Shown here: positions 34,805 to 45,477 of the stretch, in pieces
Layout of the letters: each line of letters begins with the position of its first letter
Numbering within the stretch: position 1 is the stretch's first letter
DNA from: an uncultured Trueperaceae bacterium
GTDB taxonomy: Bacteria > Deinococcota > Deinococci > Deinococcales > Trueperaceae
NCBI GenBank assembly: GCA_963815215.1
Contig: CAWFFU010000011.1
Location: forward strand, 384,001-448,000
Direction of reading: 5' to 3'
DNA: 64,000 bases
The notes under the pieces: generated by a model
The model's input: the letters and a program-made list of their open reading frames with translations, nothing else
The model's database searches: none
Told to the model about the DNA's origin: nothing
Program-made: the position numbers and the translations under genes

Positions 34805-34865
34805 GCACGGCCCGAACGCGTGCGCAAGTCTGGGTTTCGTCTCGGCTCGAAAGTGGGCCGTCGCA
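34805..34865 (-). repeat. Solo IS21-like terminal sequence
   Basis: Aligns with 31578-31638 (GGCCCGAACGxGTGCGCAAxTCTGG...CCGTCGCA). Confidence 0.65.
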
Positions 34866-35397
34866 CTGTCGTTCGCGGGAACAGCCATCGCCGCGACGCC
34901 GGGTGTTCGACAGCGACGTCGGCAGGTCCTCGGAATCCCCACCTGTGGAGATGCTCTCTGCGTCTCGAGGGAGCATCTCCAGGTCCTCCGAGCCCGAACA
35001 TCGGCAGCTACGTGCAGGTGCGCCGGCCGGAAGGGGCACCACATGGCGTGGGGCAAGACGGATCAGAATCCATGCACGTTTGACCTAAAGCGACGCCGTG
35101 GCACGCCGCTCAGTGCGAACCGTTGACCACCTTCCGAAGGAGCGTCGCTACCGGCGATGGCACCGGTTCTGACTCTTGCATCTAGAGTCGAATCCCCGCG
35201 TAGGCTCTCGCGACCCGGCCGCCAAGCCGTCCACTCCTGCCGCCGACGCTCAGACGCGCCCTGGCTTCCGCGAACAGCCTGCCCGAACCTCCACGTCCGC
35301 CGCACCCTTCGGAACCGCCCACGGAAGCCCACCGGTCCCATGAAGCCGGAAGCCACAACTCGTTCGTGTTGTTAACCGACTGTGTACGACTCCTCCT

Positions 35398-36129
35398 CTA
35401 CGAACGGGCTAGCGGCAATCTCGCTTGGATTCCATCCAGCAGGCATGAAAGCCCGCGTTCGAACAGCTCATCTGGATGGGCATGCTCGGCCTGCGTGACG
35501 ATCCTCTCCAGCATCGGGAACTCGCCTGTGGCCAGTTGCCGTTGAAGGTACGGCCAGGTGGCGTTCTCCCATTGGTATCGGCTCACGCCGGTGTTGAACT
35601 CGCTGCTCTCCGTGCGGATCGCTCCGACCGCGTAGGCGTTGACGGCGCTGACTGCGAACATGGCGATATCGATGTCTTCCATAGCGCTCGTCCGATCAAG
35701 CGCCTGATAGCTGGCCTCCAGGAACCTCAACGCGTTGGGACCGAGATGGGGCCGGCCGCCCAGCAGATCGACGAACCACTTGTGGGCCTGCCAGGCTCGC
35801 CGCGTGCGCCGCGCCATCTCAGCAAGCACCTCACGCCAATCTCCACCGAGTGGCCCCATGTCTGCGATCTCTCCGAACACCTCGTCCGTCAACAGATCGA
35901 GAAGTTCCTCCTTGGTCGCCACGAATCCATACAGGCGCATGTGTGAGGCCTTCACGGCCGCCGCAACATTTCGTATCGAGACGGCGTCCAAGCCGTCTGC
36001 ATCCGCGATCTCCATGGCAGCGGCCACGACCTTCACCCGGCTGAGTGGCGTCGGCGCCGCGCGGCTGACAGGATCGGCTCTCTCCCAGACGATGGGCGCG
36101 CTCTTCTTGGACTTCCGCTGAGAACTCAT
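35398..36129 (-). CDS. TetR/AcrR regulator with TetR_C domain
   Basis: LSRVKVVAAAMEIADADGLDAVSIRNVA HTH and FERGLSCLLDGI. Confidence 0.9.
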   Translation of the reverse strand: MSSQRKSKKSAPIVWERADPVSRAAPTPLSRVKVVAAAMEIADADGLDAVSIRNVAAAVKASHMRLYGFVATKEELLDLLTDEVFGEIADMGPLGGDWREVLAEMARRTRRAWQAHKWFVDLLGGRPHLGPNALRFLEASYQALDRTSAMEDIDIAMFAVSAVNAYAVGAIRTESSEFNTGVSRYQWENATWPYLQRQLATGEFPMLERIVTQAEHAHPDELFERGLSCLLDGIQARLPLARS

Positions 36130-36309
36130 CGCTCAACTTCGCATGTGCGGCTCACGTTCCGCAAGAGCCTGGTGAAGTCTACACCGTCCGTCACAATACA
36201 CTGTATACTCGATGCTGGCGCCCGAACCCGGCAAGGTCTCGCCAGGAGACCCATGAGCTCGGACGCGGCCGTCCATCGGCTCTAGCGGACGCCTGGAGAG
36301 GAGATCACG

Positions 36310-37353
36310 ATGACGAAGCAAGACCATGCCAACGACACCCTGCCGCGCATGGACAAGCTCGCCCAGCTTCGTGTCGACGAGGACGGAACCGTCCACGTGC
36401 CGCAGATGACGGTCCCCGTGTCGCCCTACCTCAGCCCGGAAGCCAAGGCATGGGTCGCCGAGCACCTGCGCCAGAACCAGACACCCGAGTTGCAGCGACG
36501 AGTGGACGGAAACCCTGTCTTCCTTCAGCCATACATCGACCGCATGCACGAGCTGTATCCCACCGAGCGGAGCGACACCAGCATCGGTGGCGTGCACGTC
36601 TACGACTACACGCCCGCCGAAGGGATCTCAGAGCGCAATCGGAACCGCGTCCTGATCGAACTGCACGCAGGGGCCTTCCACGAGGGCTGGCCGTCGACCG
36701 CAGAGCTGCAATCGATGCCCATCGCAAGCCTCGCACGCATCCGGGTCATCGCGGTGAACTACAGGAAAGCTCCGGAACACACCTTCCCCGCAGCCAGCGA
36801 AGACGTGGCAGCGGTCTACAAGGAGCTATTGAAGACCTACCCGGCAGAGAACATCGGGATCTTCGGTTACTCGGCCGGCGGCCAGCTAGCGGCCATGGCG
36901 ACCGCGTGGTTCCAGATGCACGGCCTGCCACGACCAGGCGCCCTCGGCATCTACTCGGCAGGCGCCACCCCAAATGGGCCCGGCGACAGCAGCTACATTG
37001 CCGCACCCATCGGCGAAGCCGCGCCGCCACCACGCCCGAACGGCAACGACTCCAGACGGAAACCATCGGGATACCTCGGCAACGCTGACAGAAACGACCC
37101 ACTCGTCGCTCCCGTCAGATCAGACGAGGTGCTGTCCCGTTTCCCGCCGACCCAAGTGATCACCGGAACCCGGCACTTCGACCTCAGTTCCGCTGTCTAC
37201 ACCCACACCCGCCTCGTCAAGCTCGGCGTTGAAGCAGACCTGCACGTCTGGGAAGGTCTATTCCACGTCTTCTTCATCAACCCCGATGTCCCGGAGTCAC
37301 GCGACGCCTACGACGTGATGATCCGCTTCTTCGACAAGCACCTGGGGCAATGA
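36310..37353 (+). CDS. Alpha/beta hydrolase (HSL-like esterase)
   Basis: LHAGAF, NYRKAPEHTFPAA, GYSAGG and WEGLFHVF. Confidence 0.88.
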   Translation: MTKQDHANDTLPRMDKLAQLRVDEDGTVHVPQMTVPVSPYLSPEAKAWVAEHLRQNQTPELQRRVDGNPVFLQPYIDRMHELYPTERSDTSIGGVHVYDYTPAEGISERNRNRVLIELHAGAFHEGWPSTAELQSMPIASLARIRVIAVNYRKAPEHTFPAASEDVAAVYKELLKTYPAENIGIFGYSAGGQLAAMATAWFQMHGLPRPGALGIYSAGATPNGPGDSSYIAAPIGEAAPPPRPNGNDSRRKPSGYLGNADRNDPLVAPVRSDEVLSRFPPTQVITGTRHFDLSSAVYTHTRLVKLGVEADLHVWEGLFHVFFINPDVPESRDAYDVMIRFFDKHLGQ

Positions 37354-37524
37354 TTCCCAACGATTCACGCGGGCACGGCGACTTGATCAGCGGAGGCCGT
37401 ACACCCCCCCTCGACGACCCGAGCCCCACCAACGTCGACACGGCAGGCAGACACTCGACACCGGATCCCGCCAAGGCAGACCAAGCGAAAGCACCGTCTC
37501 CGCAAGGCCCAGTGCGGTTCCCGA

Positions 37525-38367
37525 TCAGGTGGGGATGCGATTGAACGAGTCGGGATTGGGACCGGTGCGCCCGGCCTCTCCGCGGTCCAGCCCGGTCAGT
37601 GCCTGCATGGCGGGGTTGTCGAGCTCGAAGTCGAAGAGCGCGAGGTTCTCGCGCATCCTGGACGGCGTCACCGTCTTCGGGAACACCACGTCCCCGCGCT
37701 GGACGTGCCACCGGAGCACCACCTGTGCAGGCGTTCGCCCGACCCGGTCGGCGATCCCGCGGACGGTGGGATCTCCCAGGACCTCCCCTTGCGCGATCGG
37801 CGACCACGCTTCGGTCACGATGCCGTGCGCCTGCCCGTAGGCTCTGACCTCATCGTTGGCGAAGTAGGGGTGAACTTCGATCTGGTTGACCGCCGGCGTG
37901 GTGTCGGTGTCTGCGGCCAGGCGCTCGAGGTGAACGATCTGGAAGTTCGACACGCCGATCGATCGCGCGCGGCCATCGCGCTTGAACTCCTCGAGCGCCC
38001 GCCAGGTGGAGACGAAATCACCGTCGTAGAGCCCGGGCAGCGGCCAGTGCACCAGGAACAGGTCCACCTCGTCGAAGCCGAGCTCCACCAAAGTGCGATC
38101 GAAGGCCCTGCGGGCGTCGTCGGGACGATGGAAGCCGTTGTTCAACTTGCTCGTCACGAACACCTCGGACCGGGGCACGCCCGAAGCGCGGATGCCTTCG
38201 CCGACCCCGCGCTCGTTGCCGTACATCTCGGCGGTATCGATGTGCCGGTAGCCGACATCCAGAGCCTGTGCGACGGCCTGCGCCGTGTCCGCAGGGGGGA
38301 TCTGGAACACCCCGAATCCGAGCTGCGGGAGGGGGCGGCCGTCGTTGAGCTTGATGGATGGGATCAC
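37525..38367 (-). CDS. Aldo/keto reductase (DkgA-like)
   Basis: HIDTAEMYGNE, LVHWP, SIGVSNF and NQIEVHP. Confidence 0.93.
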   Translation of the reverse strand: MIPSIKLNDGRPLPQLGFGVFQIPPADTAQAVAQALDVGYRHIDTAEMYGNERGVGEGIRASGVPRSEVFVTSKLNNGFHRPDDARRAFDRTLVELGFDEVDLFLVHWPLPGLYDGDFVSTWRALEEFKRDGRARSIGVSNFQIVHLERLAADTDTTPAVNQIEVHPYFANDEVRAYGQAHGIVTEAWSPIAQGEVLGDPTVRGIADRVGRTPAQVVLRWHVQRGDVVFPKTVTPSRMRENLALFDFELDNPAMQALTGLDRGEAGRTGPNPDSFNRIPT

Positions 38368-38461
38368 GTTGTACCTACCTTCGCTGAAGAGGCCGCGCGC
38401 TCGATCCGGTCGAGCCAGGCCCGGGATGGTGTCGCGCCCCCGATATCCTGCCGAATCGCCG

Positions 38462-39991
38462 TCATGATCGGACGATACCGTGCCTGCTGGGTAGATCCGT
38501 CAGCCGGTGCACGACGCCACGCGTCTGCTCGTAGAGTTCGAGGTACGAGCTGTACAGATCCTCGTAGAGGTCCGCGTAGTCGCTCCTGGGTTCGACCTGC
38601 CGCCCCTCGCGTACCCAGTGGCGCAGGTCATCGCGCGAGACCAGACCGGCACCGAGCCCCGCAAGGAAGGCGTCGCCGTAGCTCGCCCCGATCGTCGTCT
38701 CCGGGATCTCCTGCACGACGCCGCTGATGTCGGAGACGATCTGCGGCCAGAGGTCGGTCCGTGTCCCGCCACCGACCGAGACGACGCGCTTCACGGGCAT
38801 GCCCAACGACTGGAAGGTCTCGAGATTGTGCCGGATCCCGAAGCCCACGCCCTCCAGCGCAGCTCGGAAGACGTGGCCCCGCCCGTGGGACAACCCGAGC
38901 CCGGCCAGAACGCCCCGCGCCTTGGGATCCTGGATGGGGGTTCGTTCGCCACTGAAGTAGGGCAGCAATAGCAAACCGCCGGCCCCGGGTCCAACCTCCC
39001 TGGCCTCCTCGAACAGGACGCGGTATGCCTCCTCAGCGCCCAGTTCCTTCGCCATCGTGTCTCGAAGCCAGCGCGTAAGCTCACCGGTCGTTGCCATTCC
39101 CGCAGCCATGTTGTACTGCCCCTTGAAGGCGCCTGCCGTCGTCCATGTGATCGGGTTCGGCCTCGGTTCGTCCAACACCAGGATGAAGAACGTCGTCGAG
39201 CCGTACATGATCATGAGGTCACCCTGATCGACAACGCCCACGCTGATCGCTTCGCTAAGCGCGTCGACCGCCCCTGCCGTGACCGATGTCCCTTCCGGGA
39301 GGCCGGTCTGCCGAGAGGCTTCGGCCGTCACAAGGCCCGCCACCTCATCGGACCACTTGAGGTCGGGCAACATGGCTCGCGGGGCCACGTGCTCCATGTA
39401 GGCGTCCGACCATTCGAAGGTTCGATGGTCGAACAGCGGCACGTAGTGACTCGCGGTGTGACGGTCCATGACCAGTTCACCCGTAAGCTTGGCGATGATG
39501 TACGACGAAGCCGTGGTCAGGTAGCGCGTCTTCTTCCAGACATCCGGTTCCTCCTGTTGGATCCATCGGATCTTCGGCCCAACGGCCTGACTCGTCAGCG
39601 CCATCCCCGAGATCTCCATGATCGCGTCGGGACCGATGGCCTTGTTGAGCTCATCGATCTGGCTCGATGCGCGGACGTCGACGCCGTACAGGATGCCCGG
39701 TCTCAAAGGGCGGAAGCTTGCGTCGAGCGGCACCACGCACGGCCCGATGGCACTGATCCCAACCGCACGGACATCCGAGCCCCGGAACGTCCCGTTGCCG
39801 AAGAAGCTGCTGCAGACCTTCACGACGTCCCCCCACCACGTGCCCTCAGCGTCGTGCTCGGCCCAACCCGGTCGCGGCACCTGCATCCCGTGGGGTACTT
39901 CGTGCCTGGCGACGATGTCACCCGCCTGCGTCACCAACACTCCCTTGGTGCTGTTGGTGCCGACGTCGATGCCCAACAAAAGGTCACCCAC
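38462..39991 (-). CDS. FGGY family carbohydrate kinase
   Basis: LGIDVGTNSTKG, LPYFSGERTP and SVGGGT. Confidence 0.93.
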   Translation of the reverse strand: MGDLLLGIDVGTNSTKGVLVTQAGDIVARHEVPHGMQVPRPGWAEHDAEGTWWGDVVKVCSSFFGNGTFRGSDVRAVGISAIGPCVVPLDASFRPLRPGILYGVDVRASSQIDELNKAIGPDAIMEISGMALTSQAVGPKIRWIQQEEPDVWKKTRYLTTASSYIIAKLTGELVMDRHTASHYVPLFDHRTFEWSDAYMEHVAPRAMLPDLKWSDEVAGLVTAEASRQTGLPEGTSVTAGAVDALSEAISVGVVDQGDLMIMYGSTTFFILVLDEPRPNPITWTTAGAFKGQYNMAAGMATTGELTRWLRDTMAKELGAEEAYRVLFEEAREVGPGAGGLLLLPYFSGERTPIQDPKARGVLAGLGLSHGRGHVFRAALEGVGFGIRHNLETFQSLGMPVKRVVSVGGGTRTDLWPQIVSDISGVVQEIPETTIGASYGDAFLAGLGAGLVSRDDLRHWVREGRQVEPRSDYADLYEDLYSSYLELYEQTRGVVHRLTDLPSRHGIVRS

Positions 39992-40065
39992 GGTCTACCC
40001 ACCCCCCTCTTCTGGCGCGGAAGATGCAATGCCAGGATGCACGAAGCGAAGGAAGCCTCTCATGA

Positions 40066-40833
40066 TCACCAGGCGGTGTATCCGCCATCGACCACCACGT
40101 TGGAGCCCGTGACGTACCGCGCAGCGTCCGACGCGAGGTATTGAACGGCTGTCGCCACGTCGTGCGGATCGCCGACGCGCCCGAATGGGGTCATCTCGAA
40201 CCAGGTACGTCGCCACGCCTCGTTGCTGAGCCCTAGCTTCGTCAGTTCGGTGCCGATATAGCCTGGGGAGACGGAGTTCACGCGCACGTTGAACTCCGCC
40301 CACTCAACCGCAAGCGATTTCGTGAGCATGATGACGGCCGCCTTCGAGGTGTTGTAGTGCGACTGGGGCTGCGGCTTGTTCACCACGAGGCCCGACATGG
40401 ACGCGATGTTGACGATCGAGCCCCGACCCGCGGCCACCATCTTCCTGCCGAACTCGCGAGAGCAATAGAACACGCCGTTCAGGTTCACATCGAGGATGTC
40501 CGTCCACTCCTCATCGCTGATTTCGAGCACGGGCGTGTTCCTCACGATGCCCGCGTTGTTGACGAGAACGTCGACCTTGTCGAACGCCTCGAAGACGCGC
40601 TCCACGACGTCCCTGACAGCGGCCGAGTCACGTACGTCGAGTTCGAACGCCAGATGGCCACGTCCGTTCTTCTCGCGCAGTTCCTGAGCTGCCGCTTCCG
40701 CCTTGGCACCATCGATATCGAGCAGAGCGACGGTAGCTCCTGCCTCCGCCAGCGTCCTGGCGATCTCCCAGCCGATGCCCTGGGCGGCCCCTGTCACGAC
40801 GACGTGTTGACGGTCTAGCTGGAAGTCACTCAC
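40066..40833 (-). CDS. SDR polyol dehydrogenase-like
   Basis: TGAAQGIG, NNAG and ASMSG...NKPQPQSHYNTSK. Confidence 0.92.
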   Translation of the reverse strand: MSDFQLDRQHVVVTGAAQGIGWEIARTLAEAGATVALLDIDGAKAEAAAQELREKNGRGHLAFELDVRDSAAVRDVVERVFEAFDKVDVLVNNAGIVRNTPVLEISDEEWTDILDVNLNGVFYCSREFGRKMVAAGRGSIVNIASMSGLVVNKPQPQSHYNTSKAAVIMLTKSLAVEWAEFNVRVNSVSPGYIGTELTKLGLSNEAWRRTWFEMTPFGRVGDPHDVATAVQYLASDAARYVTGSNVVVDGGYTAW

Positions 40834-40974
40834 TCTGGTCTCCTACCGATCGCGATCGCTCGCGGCGGGCTCTGCGCCACATCCTGGAAGCGAACCGGAT
40901 CCTCGACCCGAGCCGCCGCAGCGAGGGAAGATAACGGCACCGGCGGGTGACGCAGTGCGTCACCCGCCCAAGGT

Positions 40975-41700
40975 TCACACCAATTTGAGGATCCTGGCGA
41001 TGTTCCCCCCCATCACGAGATCGTACGCAGCCTCGTCGGGAGCGACGCGCTCCATCTTCTTCACTTCCCACTCGTAGTCGACGAACGGCGAATCCGTGCC
41101 GAAGATGACCTTCTCCGGACCCAGCGCCTTGACCGCTTCCGTAATCTCGAAGACCGGCGCGCGCGATGTCTCCAGGAACAGGTTTCCCAGTCCCTTGGCC
41201 AGCTCTATGGCCTGCTGGAAGAGCCAGAAGGTCCCCATGTGCGCCATGAGCAACGGCACCTCGGGGAACGTCCTGGCCATCTCCGCGAACTCGAGCGGGC
41301 TGTTGTAGAGGTCGCTCGCGCCGTGCACGATGATCGGAACGTCATGGTCGGCCGCGACCCTGAAGATCGGGTCCACCATCCCATGGTCGGCAAGGTGGTA
41401 GCCGTGCAACGTCGGGTGGAGCTTGACCCCCTTGAACCCTGCCTCGCCGAGCCAGCGGCTCGCCTCAGCGACCGCCTTGTCGCTGTCCCACGGGTTGACC
41501 GAGCAGAACGGGATGAGACGCTCGGGGAAGGCGCGCGCATACTCCTGCATGGGCTCGTTCGAGAACGACCCCTCGACGAACGGGAAGATGACCGCCCTGT
41601 CGATGTGCGCGGCGTCCAGTTTCGCGACCAGGTCCGCTCCGGTCTGCTTCGCCCCGTAGCGGATACCGGCATGGTTGTGTGCGTCGATTCTCATCGCCAT
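40975..41700 (-). CDS. Amidohydrolase_2 family protein
   Basis: IDAHNH, KGVKLHP, MAHMG and FGTDSP. Confidence 0.9.
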   Translation of the reverse strand: MAMRIDAHNHAGIRYGAKQTGADLVAKLDAAHIDRAVIFPFVEGSFSNEPMQEYARAFPERLIPFCSVNPWDSDKAVAEASRWLGEAGFKGVKLHPTLHGYHLADHGMVDPIFRVAADHDVPIIVHGASDLYNSPLEFAEMARTFPEVPLLMAHMGTFWLFQQAIELAKGLGNLFLETSRAPVFEITEAVKALGPEKVIFGTDSPFVDYEWEVKKMERVAPDEAAYDLVMGGNIARILKLV

Positions 41701-41727
41701 GTACGTTCCCCTTTCCAGCTCCGACCC

Positions 41728-42750
41728 CTAGACACTGCGGAGTCTGTTGACGGCGATAGCTGCAAGGATCGCCGTCCCATACACCAGGTACTTCACCGAA
41801 GCGCCGAGCCCCAGGAGCGTGAGGCCATTGCCCAACAGGCTCACGAACAGCGCTCCGCCGATCGTTCCCAGCACCGTGAAGTTCGACCTGGGGCTGAGCA
41901 CGGTCCCCAAGAAGACGGACACGAAACTGTCGAGTAGGTAGACTTCGGCGCCACGGGGCACGGCGATCCCCGCTCGAGATACCAGGATGATGCCGGCGAT
42001 GGCCGCCAGCACGCCACTCAACACGAAGCCCCAGCCGAAGGTCGCGCGCATGTTGACACCGGCCAGGTAGGCGGCACGTGCATTTCCCCCTACGGCCTCC
42101 ATGCGACGACCCAGAGTCGAGCGGTCCATCAGCAAGACCACCAGGCTCATGAGCACGACGACGAGCACGATGGAGGCAGGTACACCGAGGATCTTGCCCC
42201 TTCCGAGGAAGAAGAACACCTCCGTGATGGACGGCGGCAACGTGAACAGGATCTGGGGCTGTGCGCCGTGGGAGAACATCAGTTCACCTCCGCGCACGGC
42301 GAACATCATGCCCAAGGTACCGATGATCGCGGGCACGCCCAGATACGCCATGAGCACGGCGTTGACCGCGCCCGTGGCGAGCCCGAAGCCAACAGGCGCG
42401 ATGAAAGCCAGCCAGAGTGGCTGACCAGCCACGATCAGCGCGGCCGCAAGCAGCCCGGACGCATCGGCCACCTGCGCAACGCTCAGATCCACGCCGCGCA
42501 TGGACATCGTCAGCATGAGCCCGACGGCCATGACGACGAGGATGGTGCTCTGCGTCGCGACGCTGATCAGGTTCGCGGGGCTCAGGTAGATAGGGCGCAT
42601 CACCTCGAACGCTACGAGGACCAGCACCATGCCCACGATGCCGCCGTTCTGGCGGAGCCACCGCGCAACGGGCGAGCCGCTCCTGTGCTTGCGATCGGGC
42701 GTGGTTGATTCCTCGCCCTGCAGTTGTGCTCTCTGTTCCAGTTTCGACAT
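41728..42750 (-). CDS. Sugar ABC permease (RbsC-like)
   Basis: GVDLSV and AVGGNARAAYLAGV. Confidence 0.9.
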   Translation of the reverse strand: MSKLEQRAQLQGEESTTPDRKHRSGSPVARWLRQNGGIVGMVLVLVAFEVMRPIYLSPANLISVATQSTILVVMAVGLMLTMSMRGVDLSVAQVADASGLLAAALIVAGQPLWLAFIAPVGFGLATGAVNAVLMAYLGVPAIIGTLGMMFAVRGGELMFSHGAQPQILFTLPPSITEVFFFLGRGKILGVPASIVLVVVLMSLVVLLMDRSTLGRRMEAVGGNARAAYLAGVNMRATFGWGFVLSGVLAAIAGIILVSRAGIAVPRGAEVYLLDSFVSVFLGTVLSPRSNFTVLGTIGGALFVSLLGNGLTLLGLGASVKYLVYGTAILAAIAVNRLRSV

Positions 42751-42767
42751 GGACCGATCCAGCCCTC

Positions 42768-45317
42768 TCAGAAGATGTTGATCTGCCCGATGTCCCGCTT
42801 CTGGATCACCGAAAGCAACACCGAGACCACCAGGATCCCGCCCTGGATCGCAGGCAAGGCGAGGTTTGAGACGCCGTTCAGGATCAGACCGTTGCTCAGG
42901 GAGGTGATGAACATGGCGGCGATGGTGGTGCCGACCACGTCCAGCTCACCCGTCCGTGAGAAGGTGCTGCCGAGGAACGCCGCGGCCAGCGCACTGATCA
43001 TGAAGTCCAACCCCGTCGGAACGGCCGTAGCTCCATAGCTGTACGACGTCTGCAAGACTCCGGTCAGCCCCACGAGCAACCCAGCCCCGACGAACCCGTA
43101 CACCAGCGAACGCGCCTGGCTGATGCCCCGCAACCTGGCGGCCGGCAGGCTCTCGCCGACCGCGTACATGCGCAGACCAGGACGAGTTCGCTTGAGGACG
43201 ATGTGAAGGAGCGCCAGGATCAGCCCTAGCAACACCACGACGAACGGTACCGGACCCAGGTAACCCTGCCCGATGAAGAAGAAGCCGGGGAGGTCGTGAA
43301 GGGTCAGCGCCTGACCCCCGTTGTACGCCAGCATGCCTCCCGTCAGGACGAACATCATGCCGAGCGTGGCGATGAACGGCGGCATCCGGAAGACGATGAC
43401 CAGGAATGCGTTGATGAAACCGACCACGACGCCGACCACGCCACCGAAGGCGAACGACAGCGCAGTGCCGATACGTCCGACCACCCCGGCCGCCAGGTTC
43501 GACGTGAGCTGCGCCAGCGCTCCGGCGGACATGTCGAAGCCGCCGGCGATGAGGACCAGGGTCTGGCCGTAGCCGATGAGCGTGAGGATGCTCCCCTGCT
43601 TGAGGATCTCCAGCAGGTTGGACGGCCGGAAGAAATCTGGAGCGCCGATGCCCATGGCCAGGATGGAGAGGATCATGCCGAGAGACGTACCCCAACGGAT
43701 GAGGAACCGCGTTGGGGACAGGCCCGTGCGTAACTCGGCCCGGCCTCCGGCGACGGCCTTCTGCGGCGTCGCGTCGGTCGCGCTTCCCGGATCGGCCGAC
43801 GGGCCCGCCGCGGTCGGACCGGAAGCGCGCGTGCCCGCTGTCGTCCAGAAGAGCAGGGTCTGGAGGTCGAGGTCCTCGCGAGGGATCTCCTTCTCGAGGC
43901 GCCCCTTGGCGACCACGCCCACTCGGTCGCACATGCCCACCAGCTCTTCCAGATCGGAAGAGATGAAGACGACGGCTGCACCGGCCCGAGCGAGCTCGAT
44001 CATCTCCTTGTAGATCTCGACCTTGGCGCCGACGTCGACCCCGGTGGTCGGTTCGTCGAACAGGAACACCTCGGACTGTCCGTCGAGCCATTTGCCGATG
44101 ACGACCTTCTGTTGGTTGCCGCCCGACAGGGTCTCGGCAGCCTGTTCCGAGCTGGTCGCGGCGATGGATAGCCGTGCCATGAGCTGCGTGACCCGCTCGG
44201 CCTCCTTCCGCAACGACATCAGCCCCAGGTTGGACCACCACGACAGGTTCGGGATGGCCATGTTCTTCCGGATGCTGAGGGGTCCGATGAGCCCCTCGCC
44301 GCGGCGGTCCTCGGGGATGAGCGCGAATCCATGATCTCTTGCGCGAGCGGGGCTGGCGTTGTGCACAGGCTTTCCGGAGAGCTTCACGCTGCCGCCGCGT
44401 AGCCGACCGGCGCCCATGATGGACAGCGCGATCTCGGTGCGGCCGGCCCCCACGAGCCCGGCGAGCCCGTAGATCTCGCCCCGACGCACACGGAAGCTGA
44501 CGCCCTCGAAGCGGTGACCGTCCGAGATGTTCTCGACCGCCAGCAGCTCGTCCCCGGCTTCGACCGGCTCTTTGGGGTAGAGACTCTTGAGGTCGCGACC
44601 GACCGTGAGCCGCACGATCGACTCCCGGTCCGTATCCTTGGTGTTGAGCTGCCCCGCCACCTTGCCATCCCGCAGGACCGTGATACGCGACGAGATGCGG
44701 AAGACCTCATTGAGATGGTGTGAAATATAGATGATCGACACGCCGCTATTGCGAAGGTTCTCGATCACCTCGAACAGACGATCGATCTCGCGTTCGCTCA
44801 ACGACGCGGTGGGCTCGTCCAGGATCAGCACGCGCGGCTCTTGCAGTAGGGCCGCCGCGATCGCCACCTGCTCGCGCTGACCCACGCTCAGATCGTTCGC
44901 CAGGTGGTCCGGAGAGAAGTCGGCGCCGATCCGTTCCAGCGAAGCCGTCGTCGCCTTGCGCATCGCGTCGAAGTCGAGCAGCCCACCAGCCGTTGTCAAC
45001 TCACGGCCGAGGAAGACGTTCCGCGTGACATCGAACTGAGGAACCAAGTGTTGGTCCTGGTGCACGATGGCGATCCCGTGCGCTTCCGCATCGGTGGGCG
45101 AGCGGATCTCGATAGGCTCGCCCTCGAGCACGATCTCGCCGGCATCCAGGGTATACACGCCGGTGAGAATCTTGACGAGCGTCGACTTGCCCGCGCCGTT
45201 CTGCCCGACCAGCGCATGGACCTCGCCGAGTTGCAACTCGAAGGCCACCTCATCGAGCGCACGGAGTCCGGGGAACTCCTTGACGATCCCCGTGCATTGA
45301 AGAATCACGTCAGTCAC
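42768..45317 (-). CDS. Fused sugar ABC ATPase (RbsA-like) plus permease
   Basis: GQNGAGKST, LSGGNQQK and DEPTTGVDVGAK, then a linker and a permease domain (GGFDMS). Confidence 0.9.
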   Translation of the reverse strand: MTDVILQCTGIVKEFPGLRALDEVAFELQLGEVHALVGQNGAGKSTLVKILTGVYTLDAGEIVLEGEPIEIRSPTDAEAHGIAIVHQDQHLVPQFDVTRNVFLGRELTTAGGLLDFDAMRKATTASLERIGADFSPDHLANDLSVGQREQVAIAAALLQEPRVLILDEPTASLSEREIDRLFEVIENLRNSGVSIIYISHHLNEVFRISSRITVLRDGKVAGQLNTKDTDRESIVRLTVGRDLKSLYPKEPVEAGDELLAVENISDGHRFEGVSFRVRRGEIYGLAGLVGAGRTEIALSIMGAGRLRGGSVKLSGKPVHNASPARARDHGFALIPEDRRGEGLIGPLSIRKNMAIPNLSWWSNLGLMSLRKEAERVTQLMARLSIAATSSEQAAETLSGGNQQKVVIGKWLDGQSEVFLFDEPTTGVDVGAKVEIYKEMIELARAGAAVVFISSDLEELVGMCDRVGVVAKGRLEKEIPREDLDLQTLLFWTTAGTRASGPTAAGPSADPGSATDATPQKAVAGGRAELRTGLSPTRFLIRWGTSLGMILSILAMGIGAPDFFRPSNLLEILKQGSILTLIGYGQTLVLIAGGFDMSAGALAQLTSNLAAGVVGRIGTALSFAFGGVVGVVVGFINAFLVIVFRMPPFIATLGMMFVLTGGMLAYNGGQALTLHDLPGFFFIGQGYLGPVPFVVVLLGLILALLHIVLKRTRPGLRMYAVGESLPAARLRGISQARSLVYGFVGAGLLVGLTGVLQTSYSYGATAVPTGLDFMISALAAAFLGSTFSRTGELDVVGTTIAAMFITSLSNGLILNGVSNLALPAIQGGILVVSVLLSVIQKRDIGQINIF

Positions 45318-45477
45318 TGGGAACCCACGTTCACTTGGGTGCGGCGCCGGCGAGGCGCCGATGACCGTTCACTAGATCGGGGCCCTTCCTGCCGACCGGC
45401 GACACCGAGAACGCGTGCCGGGAGGCCGTCGGGTCCACGCGCGTACGGCGTGGACCCGACAGAAGGTGCGGGGACGG

